Positions 20,463 through 29,135 of a stretch of 64,000 nt of DNA are shown here, one piece after another. This DNA comes from an uncultured Bacteroidales bacterium (GTDB lineage: Bacteria > Bacteroidota > Bacteroidia > Bacteroidales > UBA10428): positions 19,245-83,244 of the forward strand of contig CAYORG010000007.1 of the NCBI GenBank assembly GCA_964406315.1, given 5' to 3'. The stretch's first letter is position 1. Every line of letters starts with the position of its first letter. The notes under the pieces were generated by a model. It did no database searches, had not been told where the DNA came from, and saw only the letters and a program-made list of their open reading frames with translations. The translations under genes and the position numbers were made by a program.

Positions 20463-20551
20463 GAATCCTGCGAGACCTAACCCCGTAGCTTGTTGCTTGC
20501 GCCATAGCTATAGCGACGGAGCACTACGGGATTAGCGAGCACAAAAATAAT
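20463..20551 (+). repeat. dispersed element B, copy 1 (uninterrupted); possible structured RNA
   Basis: gaatcctgcgag...ccccgtag-ctt-gttgc-ttgcgccatagctata-gcgac-ggagca-ctacggg-attagcgagcacaaaaataat. It starts 2 nt after the argF stop. The second copy is at 22215-22369. Confidence 0.8.
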
Positions 20552-20563
20552 TATAAGAGGATA

Positions 20564-20596
20564 GAAGCTTCCTCGCCGCTTGCGGTGAGGAGCTTC
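20564..20596 (+). repeat. hairpin element C, copy 1 (CTTG tetraloop); possible argF terminator
   Basis: The core cctcgccg-cttg-cggtgagg has an 8-bp stem with one G.T pair. It extends to about 14 bp with one bulged T. No T tract follows. Confidence 0.7.
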
Positions 20597-20694
20597 AAAT
20601 TCAAATATTTGGCGGTCAATTTCTTCGGGCAAAATTATTATTTGAGAAATTAATTTATTAACTTGTATATGTCATTAATTTCAAAATTACCGCC

Positions 20695-20967
20695 ATGACT
20701 ATTTACATTGGCAACATCAATTATTCTCTCGGTGAAGATGAAATTCGAAAAATCTTCGAGGTAATCGGGAAGGTAGACGTCATTAAACTCATTCGCGACA
20801 AAAGAACAGGCAAATCTAAAGGATTTGGTTTTTTAGATATGCCGAATAAAAAAGAGGCTATGGAGGCTATTAAAACTCTTGATGGTAAAACTGTTGCCGG
20901 CCGAAATTTGAGAGTTTTAAGGGCACATACCAACAAAGTACGCGTCGCAGCTGCTGTTCAGGCATAG
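20695..20967 (+). CDS. RRM-type RNA-binding protein
   Basis: 90 aa with RNP2 IYIGNI and RNP1 KGFGFLDM. Confidence 0.9.
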   Translation: MTIYIGNINYSLGEDEIRKIFEVIGKVDVIKLIRDKRTGKSKGFGFLDMPNKKEAMEAIKTLDGKTVAGRNLRVLRAHTNKVRVAAAVQA

Positions 20968-20990
20968 CCTGTGCAAAGCTTTGCATATTG

Positions 20991-21671
20991 TTATTCATTT
21001 ACTCGCACCGGTTCATACAATTGAAAGTTTTGAGTAGCAATAACAGCAGGCATTTCATTAAAATCTTCTTTTAGGTAAAAGGCTGTTCCACAACCAAGTT
21101 GCACAGCCTTTTTTGATAGTACATTATCACGGTGTTGCGGGGAATTCATCCATCGGTCTAACATAGTTTCACCAAGGCTAAGGTAAGTGTGGGGTGGTAT
21201 AGGATCTCCGTTTTGTTTATAGCTAAATACCCCCTTTGCTATTGGATAGACTTCGTCCCCGGCTTTATATTGTAAAACAAAAGATTCAACAATGTTTTCT
21301 GCCAGAAAGGGGTTGACAATTCCAACATGACGGGCCCTGTCGTTTGGATCACGAAGCTTTTTGTTTTTTGGATGATAGTGTGAAAAAAATTCATCCTTTA
21401 CCATATTTTCGGAATGAAGAGCAGCTGATTCTTCGAGTTTTTGGTTATATTTTAATACATTGAGCTTATGATGAATCCTCTGTTCATTCGTCAGGTAAAA
21501 TATCACTGCATTCAATTTTTCCAGGTTAAAGTTATCGGGCACAATGGTTTCTTTAAATTCTTTTGCCTTTCTGAAGTTATCCAAAGTATAGGAATAATAA
21601 TTTGATTGAGAATATGCAGACCCACTGACGATCGGAAGAAGAAGGAAAAAGTATGTGGAATAGCGGAACAT
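20991..21671 (-). CDS. CAP/SCP/PR1-like domain protein (YkwD-like), secreted
   Basis: 226 aa with a signal peptide. CAP-domain pattern: TNEQRIHHKLNVLKYNQKLEESAALHSENM..FSH...WMNSPQHRDNVL. Confidence 0.75.
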   Translation of the reverse strand: MFRYSTYFFLLLPIVSGSAYSQSNYYSYTLDNFRKAKEFKETIVPDNFNLEKLNAVIFYLTNEQRIHHKLNVLKYNQKLEESAALHSENMVKDEFFSHYHPKNKKLRDPNDRARHVGIVNPFLAENIVESFVLQYKAGDEVYPIAKGVFSYKQNGDPIPPHTYLSLGETMLDRWMNSPQHRDNVLSKKAVQLGCGTAFYLKEDFNEMPAVIATQNFQLYEPVRVNE

Positions 21672-21672
21672 C

Positions 21673-22182
21673 TTATTGTTTAAAGTACTGTATTATTTCC
21701 CGAACATAATAAATTGTAATAACTGAAGAACAAACAAGTTTCATGAATGTTCCGGTAAGAAAACCAACAAATGAGCCAAAGGCAGCACGCATAGCATCAT
21801 TTGAATTTTTACCGGCTATTTTTTCACCTATTAGTGCCCCTACAAAAGGACCTCCCAAGATGGTTATGATTCCGAACGGTCCGATGGCAGGCAGGAAAAA
21901 TAACCCGGCAATAAGCCCCAGTATACTACCCCAGGTTCCATACCGGGAACCCCCAAATTTTTTTGTACCCCAGGCAGGTACTATATAATCAAGTACCTGT
22001 ACGATCAGAGCGAATAAACCTAAAAACAATAGCTCTCCTGAAGTGAATTCAGCAAACTTGGTAAAATGAATGAGCAACGCGCCCACAAAACTTAATGGAG
22101 GACCGGGAAGGATGGGCAGGAGGCAACCAATAATACCTAAAAGAATAACAATAATCGAAAAAATAAGCAATAAATAATCCAT
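21673..22182 (-). CDS. DUF456-family membrane protein
   Basis: 169 aa with Gly-rich TM helices (LPILPGPPLSF, YGTWGSILGLIAGLFF), as in DUF456 proteins. Confidence 0.6.
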   Translation of the reverse strand: MDYLLLIFSIIVILLGIIGCLLPILPGPPLSFVGALLIHFTKFAEFTSGELLFLGLFALIVQVLDYIVPAWGTKKFGGSRYGTWGSILGLIAGLFFLPAIGPFGIITILGGPFVGALIGEKIAGKNSNDAMRAAFGSFVGFLTGTFMKLVCSSVITIYYVREIIQYFKQ

Positions 22183-22214
22183 GGCTATTAATAAAAATTT
22201 AGCTGAAAAATAGT

Positions 22215-22369
22215 GAATCCTGCGAGCGTATTGGCTTCCCTGCCAGCCGGTTTACCAGCCTGTGGATGGCAGGCTGGGCCGAGCTCATAAACTCGGTTCC
22301 CCATAGCTTGTCGCTTGCGCCATAGCTATAGCGACGGAGCACTGTGGGGTTAGCGAGCACAAAAATAAT
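22215..22369 (+). repeat. dispersed element B, copy 2, interrupted by element A copy 2
   Basis: gaatcctgcgag (22215-22226) and ccccatag...ctgtgggg-ttagcgagcacaaaaataat (22299-22369) match copy 1. They are separated by about 70 nt instead of the 6 nt in copy 1. Confidence 0.8.
22235..22298 (+). repeat. dispersed element A, copy 2 (nested in element B)
   Basis: The 22-nt and 13-nt blocks are identical to copy 1 at 18098. The 3' part differs (ccgag-ctcataaa-ctcgg hairpin). Confidence 0.8.
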
Positions 22370-22413
22370 AAATAAAAAAAGGATCGAAGATTACTCGCCA
22401 TATTCGTGAGAAT

Positions 22414-22441
22414 AGTTCCTCGTCGCTTGCGGCGAGGAGCT
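22414..22441 (+). repeat. hairpin element C, copy 2
   Basis: cctcgtcg-cttg-cggcgagg has the same tetraloop as copy 1, with the T.G pair at a different stem position. Confidence 0.7.
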
Positions 22442-22479
22442 TCAATTTTAGCTGGACTTAATATACAAGTTTTACTTTT

Positions 22480-22938
<459 letters not shown>

Positions 22939-22958
22939 TTATGTATTAAATGTTAAAA

Positions 22959-24962
22959 TTACTTTTTACTAAAAGGATTATATTTTTTACCACTGCCAAT
23001 GTATCCGGCGTTTTTATAAAATTCTACAAAGGTTAAACGCAATGGGTGAACAAATGAACCCAAACCTGACATGAATATATTGATTCCATGTCCTATCAGC
23101 AATATAAGTACAAAAACCAATTGACCAATAACCGGTATATCAGGACTCATATTCATAGCCAGCTCATTGAACACAAAACCAAGAATTGCACTCGAAATAC
23201 CCAGTGCAAACAAACGAATGTAGGATAACAAATCGCCCAGAATTCCTGTAACCATATTGTATGTATCCCATAATCCGGCACCAAAATTTATAAGGATGTT
23301 TCTTTTTGGATTGTTGAAGAAATAAATACCGAGACTGCTTATCCCCAATACCAGGAAGAATAGTATTTTGGCTGCGTTATCTGTTAAATGAGCAGTGGAG
23401 TTCAACAGGTAAACGGTTCCGCCACCCAGAATTAACAGAAGCCAGCCGAGCGTTGCGAAAGCATACCGGTAACCATACATTCTCGCCTGATTAGCAGCTT
23501 TGATAAACATTCCGAAAATGATCTGAACACCACCAAGAATAAGTGCCAGCTTGAACATTTTATCAGGATCAAGAAGCAAATGCCTGAAAGAACTTAAAAA
23601 CGGAAAATCAGCCTTGGTGTTTTTAATGATCAGATTCTGATAATTTACATAGGCTTCATTTCCCAACAGATCTTTAAGTTTACTCTGAAAGGCTAATTTT
23701 GATTCAATATGTACATCGAGCAAACCATTCAGTTTCTCAATGATTTCAGCCGGTAAATTGTGTTGCTGAAAGATAGCAATAGACTGGTCTGTAATAAGAT
23801 ATCCCGTATCTATAAGGTTCATGCCAAAAATTGTACCCGTGATGGTGCCAAAAAAAACCGTTGCAAGCCCGAGAAACTGAATTAAAGTTAATATGGGTTT
23901 GAGTTTCTTATCTACTTTAAATTTAAAATAAGTAGCTCCGAGAATAAACAGCAAACCATAACCGGCATCGCCCAGACAAAAACCAAAGAACAACATAAAG
24001 AAAGGGGCAAAAAAAGGTGTAAGGTCAATTTCTCTGTAATCAGGCAATGAATACAATTCTCCGATGGCTTCAAATAATTTCGGGAATTTTTTGTTTTTAA
24101 GCAAAACAGGGATGTTGTCTTTTGGCGTTGGCTTTTCTGCCTGGTAATACACATCAGATTCATTAAGGAACTTATTGATTTCAGCTTTTTTTTCAATCGG
24201 AACCCATCCTTCGAGCAACATCAATTTTTCATCTGCCTGTTTTTCAGTGTTGAGGACTACTTTTTTAAAATCGAGTTCACCGATTAATTTGGTCCTTGTC
24301 TGTTCTAACAGATCCAGGTATCGTGCAGTAAAATCATCATACAGTTCTTCCGTTTTCTCAAGAATGCCAATGATTTCATTCATCGATTTGTTGAGCTGCT
24401 CCAGGGAAATTTCAGGAAGCTTTATTTTTTCAGCATGAATATCAATTGTTTCATCTGTCGTATGCAATACAACAAAGTATTTTTGGCTACTTACTTCACT
24501 GATATGAATAAGATTGAAATCTGCTTCCCATTTCGGATCAAAGTTTCTGTTGGGACAAATATAAAATTCAAGGATATAACCTGCCTGCTGCAACTTTTCT
24601 ATCGTGTTCCAGCTAAAATCACCCCATGGTTCAAGAACAATTTTTTCTTTTTGAAGTTGGGTCAGTTTTTGCTGATATGATTCCTGATCGGATTGCAGCT
24701 TCTTTAATTCATTCAGAATTGAGATGCCATCTGTTTTTTTCTCATCGATTGGTTTTGCCTCCGGGTTACGTTTTGAAAGAAATTTAATGGCCTGATTGAA
24801 TTCATTTACTTGTTGATATTTCGCACGAAATTCATCGTCTTCAATCTCTCCCGACTGTCTTTCAATAACATGAAGAACTCCCAGATCCCTTATACCATCA
24901 AGAAACTCCATATAGTCTTTATGGTAAATCAGGAAAGAGTATTTTTTCATCGGCGCTATCAT
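22959..24962 (-). CDS. atpI: V-type ATPase subunit I (a-subunit homolog)
   Basis: 667 aa with a soluble N-terminal half and a multi-TM C-terminal half carrying the essential-Arg motif LLSYIRLFALG. Its start overlaps the subunit D stop (ATGA). Confidence 0.88.
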   Translation of the reverse strand: MIAPMKKYSFLIYHKDYMEFLDGIRDLGVLHVIERQSGEIEDDEFRAKYQQVNEFNQAIKFLSKRNPEAKPIDEKKTDGISILNELKKLQSDQESYQQKLTQLQKEKIVLEPWGDFSWNTIEKLQQAGYILEFYICPNRNFDPKWEADFNLIHISEVSSQKYFVVLHTTDETIDIHAEKIKLPEISLEQLNKSMNEIIGILEKTEELYDDFTARYLDLLEQTRTKLIGELDFKKVVLNTEKQADEKLMLLEGWVPIEKKAEINKFLNESDVYYQAEKPTPKDNIPVLLKNKKFPKLFEAIGELYSLPDYREIDLTPFFAPFFMLFFGFCLGDAGYGLLFILGATYFKFKVDKKLKPILTLIQFLGLATVFFGTITGTIFGMNLIDTGYLITDQSIAIFQQHNLPAEIIEKLNGLLDVHIESKLAFQSKLKDLLGNEAYVNYQNLIIKNTKADFPFLSSFRHLLLDPDKMFKLALILGGVQIIFGMFIKAANQARMYGYRYAFATLGWLLLILGGGTVYLLNSTAHLTDNAAKILFFLVLGISSLGIYFFNNPKRNILINFGAGLWDTYNMVTGILGDLLSYIRLFALGISSAILGFVFNELAMNMSPDIPVIGQLVFVLILLIGHGINIFMSGLGSFVHPLRLTFVEFYKNAGYIGSGKKYNPFSKK

Positions 24963-25558
24963 TGCATTACCTCCTCTTGCTGTCTGGTTTTTACAATTTT
25001 TTGAGCCGATTTGGATAAATTGTCCTCATCTTCCATAAATCGTTTGATTTTCAATATTGCCTCTTCATAACCTGGAATCTGAACTTTTTCAAAAAGGTTT
25101 ACTTTTTGTGTGGTCTTTTTTCTGGCATAATTCAGCAATTCCATCTTACGGGAGAATACTTCACGTTCTATAGCCAGGCTAATTGTTTCTTTCAGAAGCT
25201 CAATTCCACCGAGAAACCATTTGGGAGCATTAAACACACTGAATTCAGCTACAAAGAAATCAATTTCACTCAGAACAGGAGTTTTAACACCGGCAATTTT
25301 TTTTATGTCCAGTTTTACATCTTCAATACCTACAAGGTTTTCGTCAAACTCTCCCCAAAGCTCAACCATTTTTTCATAAGATTTGATCTTATGATTCAGC
25401 TCATTATCAAGTCTGTTTGCTTCATCTTTTGCCTTTTTCACCTCAATCCTCAATGCCGACTCTTTATTTTTAATGGTAGGCAATGCGCGTACTCTGATCT
25501 TAAGCTGCTTCTCGAGAGCCTGAAGTGAAGTCTTATTGTATTGAAATTTTATGGCCAT
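24959..25558 (-). CDS. atpD: V-type ATPase subunit D
   Basis: Coiled-coil protein at the D position of the operon. The start is moved to the ATG at 25558 (MAIKFQYNKTSLQALEKQLK), because the track start at 25594 would overlap the four-helix-bundle gene. Confidence 0.75.
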   Translation of the reverse strand: MAIKFQYNKTSLQALEKQLKIRVRALPTIKNKESALRIEVKKAKDEANRLDNELNHKIKSYEKMVELWGEFDENLVGIEDVKLDIKKIAGVKTPVLSEIDFFVAEFSVFNAPKWFLGGIELLKETISLAIEREVFSRKMELLNYARKKTTQKVNLFEKVQIPGYEEAILKIKRFMEDEDNLSKSAQKIVKTRQQEEVMQ

Positions 25559-25577
25559 CTTAATTAATTGCTGGTTG

Positions 25578-25955
25578 CTAGTTTTTAGTCTCAAGTTCTT
25601 TAGAAATTATCAATTTCCTGATGAACGAATTGATCATTTTTTCTATCTCCTGGATTAGCTTGATAAGCTCATCAAATTCAATATCCGGAGCAAGATTATT
25701 CAACTGAACTATGGATAGTTGTGTTTCCAACTCAAAACAGGATCCTAAGGCAATTTCAAGAAATCTGGCAAAATCTTTGTTACTTTTTCGACTGGTTCCT
25801 TCTGCAATATTCGAAGGAATTGAGATAGCAGATCGTATCAATTGAGGTCTCAAAGTATATTTTTCCTTATCATCACGTAATTTTGCCAAATGATATGTTT
25901 TCTGGACAACATCCATTCCTTTTTGCCATATCTTTAAATCCTTGTAATTGTTCAT
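25578..25955 (-). CDS. four-helix-bundle protein (23S rRNA intervening-sequence protein / Avd-like family)
   Basis: 125 aa with family hallmarks DLKIWQKGMDVV..., RSAISIPSNIAEG.SRKS..DFARFLEIALGSCFELETQL. The C-terminal tail ..KELETKN is encoded by the CTTGAGACT word. Confidence 0.85.
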   Translation of the reverse strand: MNNYKDLKIWQKGMDVVQKTYHLAKLRDDKEKYTLRPQLIRSAISIPSNIAEGTSRKSNKDFARFLEIALGSCFELETQLSIVQLNNLAPDIEFDELIKLIQEIEKMINSFIRKLIISKELETKN

Positions 25956-26008
25956 TTACCAAATCCTTTCTATTTGCTTTTTCTTGTGACTTGCGACTAG
26001 AGACTTTT

Positions 26009-27331
26009 TCAATTTTTCTTCCAGTATTTATCTGTTAATTCCTGTTTGATACCTAATTCTTCCAGTTTAAAATATTTCTGAAATAAATTCCAGCCTGTAT
26101 CCAGCATTTCATCTATGTCAATGTTAACATCTATTGCAAGCAGTTTTCTTGAATAGTCTTTTGCATAATCCAAACTGCGCTGATCATAATCTGTTAGGTC
26201 AAAACCATTTTCAAGTTTGGTTTTTGCATTAGCAGCATCAGCAAAAAGACGCACTGCTGTATTCATAACTTGCGGGTGGTCTTCCCTGGTTTTCTTACCA
26301 ATTACAAGCTGTTTGAGTCGTGATAAACTGCGGAATGGGTCAACAATTACTTTACCGATGTCAGAGTCACGTCTTAAAAACAACTGTCCTTCAGTAATAT
26401 AGCCTGTATTATCAGGTATTGCGTGAGTAATGTCACCTCCGGAAAGAGTTGTTACGGCAATAATGGTTATCGATCCGCCTGATGGAAACTGAACTGCCTT
26501 TTCATATATTTTAGCCAGATCACTATACAATGAACCGGGCATACTGTCTTTCGATGGTATCTGGTCCATACGGTTGGATACAATACTTAAAGCATCTGCA
26601 TAAAGCGTCATATCAGTGAACAGAACAAGCACTGTTTCATTTTTATCCACAGCAAAATATTCAGCAGCTGTTAAAGCCATATCAGGCACCAGTAATCTTT
26701 CAGCAGGAGGATCCTCCGTTGTATTTACAAAACTTATGATTCTGTCAAGAGTTCCGGCATTGTCAAACACATTTTTATAAAAGAGATAATCATCATTTGT
26801 TAATCCCATACCTCCGAGAATGATCTTATCGGTTTTGGCTCGTAAAGCCACCATTGCCATCACCTGGTTAAAAGGCTGATCAGGATCTGCAAAAAAAGGA
26901 ATTTTTTGTCCGGATACCAAAGTATTGTTTAAGTCGATACCGGCTATACCTGTTGCTATCAATTCTGAAGGTTGTTTTCTCCTAACCGGGTTTACGGAAG
27001 GGCCGCCAATCTCTCGTTCCTCACCTTCAATTGCGGGACCTCCATCAATAGGATCGCCATAGGCATTGAAGAATCTACCTGCAAGATCTTCACTCACTTT
27101 CAATGAAGGGGCTTTCCCCAGAAAGCTTACTTCTGCATTTGTTGGAATGCCTTCAGTACCTCCAAAAACCTGTAGGGTAACCATATCTCCAATTATTTTC
27201 ACTACCTGTGCAAGTTTACCGTGAATCACAGCAAGCTCGTCGTAACCAATACCTGTAGCTTTAAGTGAGCAGGTGGCTTTTGTAATCTGGGTAATTTTAG
27301 TATATATTTTCTGAAAGGCTTTAGAATCCAT
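26009..27331 (-). CDS. atpB: V-type ATPase subunit B
   Basis: 440 aa with a nucleotide-binding-fold B subunit pattern (VSGQKIPFFADPDQPFNQ, LFTDMTLYADAL, PGSLYSDLAKIYE). Confidence 0.92.
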   Translation of the reverse strand: MDSKAFQKIYTKITQITKATCSLKATGIGYDELAVIHGKLAQVVKIIGDMVTLQVFGGTEGIPTNAEVSFLGKAPSLKVSEDLAGRFFNAYGDPIDGGPAIEGEEREIGGPSVNPVRRKQPSELIATGIAGIDLNNTLVSGQKIPFFADPDQPFNQVMAMVALRAKTDKIILGGMGLTNDDYLFYKNVFDNAGTLDRIISFVNTTEDPPAERLLVPDMALTAAEYFAVDKNETVLVLFTDMTLYADALSIVSNRMDQIPSKDSMPGSLYSDLAKIYEKAVQFPSGGSITIIAVTTLSGGDITHAIPDNTGYITEGQLFLRRDSDIGKVIVDPFRSLSRLKQLVIGKKTREDHPQVMNTAVRLFADAANAKTKLENGFDLTDYDQRSLDYAKDYSRKLLAIDVNIDIDEMLDTGWNLFQKYFKLEELGIKQELTDKYWKKN

Positions 27332-27363
27332 TTTTAATTTATTTAGTTCAAAATTATCCGCTA

Positions 27364-29121
27364 TTATGCAATTTGTCTCTCTTTTAAAACTTCTTTCAGT
27401 TCCTGTTCGAATTTGTTGAATTTTTCAGATTTAAATTCTGAATAATTCATTTGCTTGTATAAGTTTATTATCCGTTTGAAGTAATTGTCAACTTCGGTAA
27501 ATGATTCGAAATTGAAGTCTGACCTGCAAATGCCAATGAGCTGTTCAAGCATGTATTGCTGTCGTTCAATAGGAGTAGACTGATCTATTATATCAAATGC
27601 ATCTTGTTGCAAAATAACAAAATCAATAATTTCAGATTTCCAGTATGTTATATGGTAATCAACCGGCACACCGTCATCACCAAGAATATTGATCTGTTCG
27701 TATGTTTCCTTTCCTCTTAACAGAATGGTCTTTGCTTCATTCACCAGGTCAATCCATTGATCAGAAATTTTCTTGCCGACAAAATCAGCAAACTCTGGAT
27801 ATTCAAGATACTTTGAATAGCTATCGATCGGGTCAACTGCAGGATAACGTTTGCTGTCAGCACGTTGCTGTGACAAAGCATAAAAACATCTGGCTGCTTT
27901 TTTCGTCGATTCTGTAACGGGTTCCTTCAGATTACCGCCGGCAGGAGACACTGTACCTATAAATGTAATTGAACCGGATTCTCCGTTGTTCAGGTGAACA
28001 AATCCTGCCCTGGAGTAAAAATTGGAGATAACAGCAGGCAAGTCCATCGGAAATGCATCCGGACCGGGCAATTCTTCAAGTCGGTTCGACATTTCTCTTA
28101 ATGCTTGTGCCCAGCGCGATGTAGAATCTGCAAGCATTAATATCTTTAATCCCATGGCTCTGTAATATTCACCGAGTGTCATGGCTGTATATACAGAAGC
28201 TTCACGGGCAGCCACAGGCATATTGGATGTGTTGGCAATGATGGTGGTTCTTTCCATTAATTTGCGACCGGTTCTTACATCCTCAAGTTCAGGAAATTCG
28301 GTAAACAATTCCACAACCTCATTTGCACGTTCGCCACAGGCAGCAACTATCACGATATCTGCTTCGGCCTGTTTCGAGATAGCATGCTGCAATACTGTTT
28401 TACCTGCTCCAAAGGGTCCGGGAATAAATCCTGTTCCACCTTCAACAATCGGATTCAGTGTATCCATTGTACGAACACCTGTTTCAAGAAGCTTATATGG
28501 ACGCGGCTTTTCTTTGAATGCAGTAATAGCGACTTTAACCGGCCATTTCTGGACCATGGTCACTTTCACTTCTTCATCATTTTTATCAAGAAGAACAGCA
28601 ATAGTATCGTTAATTTTATATTCACCAGCTTTAGCAACTGATTTTACAGTATAGCTTCCTTTAAAACTGAATGGCACCATGATCTTATGAGGCATAGCAT
28701 TTTCATCTACTTGTCCCAGCCAGGAGGCTGGTTCAACAATATCACCAGCTTTGGCAAGCGGTTTAAATTGCCATTTTTTGTCGGAATCCAAAGGATTTGT
28801 ATATTCACCTTTGTTAAGAAATACCCCTTCCATTTTGTCGAGATCATTTTGGAGACCATCGTAATTCTTAGACAAAATGCCAGGACCAAGTGTTACTTCC
28901 AGCAAATGTCCTGCAAACTCAACTTCACTGTCAATTTTCAAACTGCGCGTGCTTTCAAATACCTGGACATAGGCATTATTGCCATTTATCTTAATGACTT
29001 CTGCCATCAACCGGATTTTTCCTTTGATGATGAAACAAATTTCATTTTGTGATACCGGCCCATCAGCTTCAATAATCACCAGGTTAGCTATAATGCCTTT
29101 CACTTTACCTTTTGTTGACAT
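27364..29121 (-). CDS. atpA: V-type ATPase catalytic subunit A
   Basis: 585 aa with Walker A GPFGAGKT, plus LMLADSTSRWAQALRE and FPMDLP. Confidence 0.95.
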   Translation of the reverse strand: MSTKGKVKGIIANLVIIEADGPVSQNEICFIIKGKIRLMAEVIKINGNNAYVQVFESTRSLKIDSEVEFAGHLLEVTLGPGILSKNYDGLQNDLDKMEGVFLNKGEYTNPLDSDKKWQFKPLAKAGDIVEPASWLGQVDENAMPHKIMVPFSFKGSYTVKSVAKAGEYKINDTIAVLLDKNDEEVKVTMVQKWPVKVAITAFKEKPRPYKLLETGVRTMDTLNPIVEGGTGFIPGPFGAGKTVLQHAISKQAEADIVIVAACGERANEVVELFTEFPELEDVRTGRKLMERTTIIANTSNMPVAAREASVYTAMTLGEYYRAMGLKILMLADSTSRWAQALREMSNRLEELPGPDAFPMDLPAVISNFYSRAGFVHLNNGESGSITFIGTVSPAGGNLKEPVTESTKKAARCFYALSQQRADSKRYPAVDPIDSYSKYLEYPEFADFVGKKISDQWIDLVNEAKTILLRGKETYEQINILGDDGVPVDYHITYWKSEIIDFVILQQDAFDIIDQSTPIERQQYMLEQLIGICRSDFNFESFTEVDNYFKRIINLYKQMNYSEFKSEKFNKFEQELKEVLKERQIA

Positions 29122-29135
29122 ATTGTGTTACTTAA

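Noticed and set aside
25578-25955. Diversity-generating retroelement, because the four-helix-bundle protein is Avd-like
   Set aside because: No reverse transcriptase gene, no template/variable repeat pair and no C-type-lectin-fold target gene were seen in the window. The gene is embedded in a V-ATPase operon.
28181-28654. Long antisense ORFs inside well-supported genes (28181..28654, 28687..29052, 30126..30569, 25106..25528, 22406..22789, 21743..21988, 6956..7312 and others)
   Set aside because: These are shadow ORFs on the opposite strand of genes with strong motif support. Their products are compositionally odd with no recognisable motifs.
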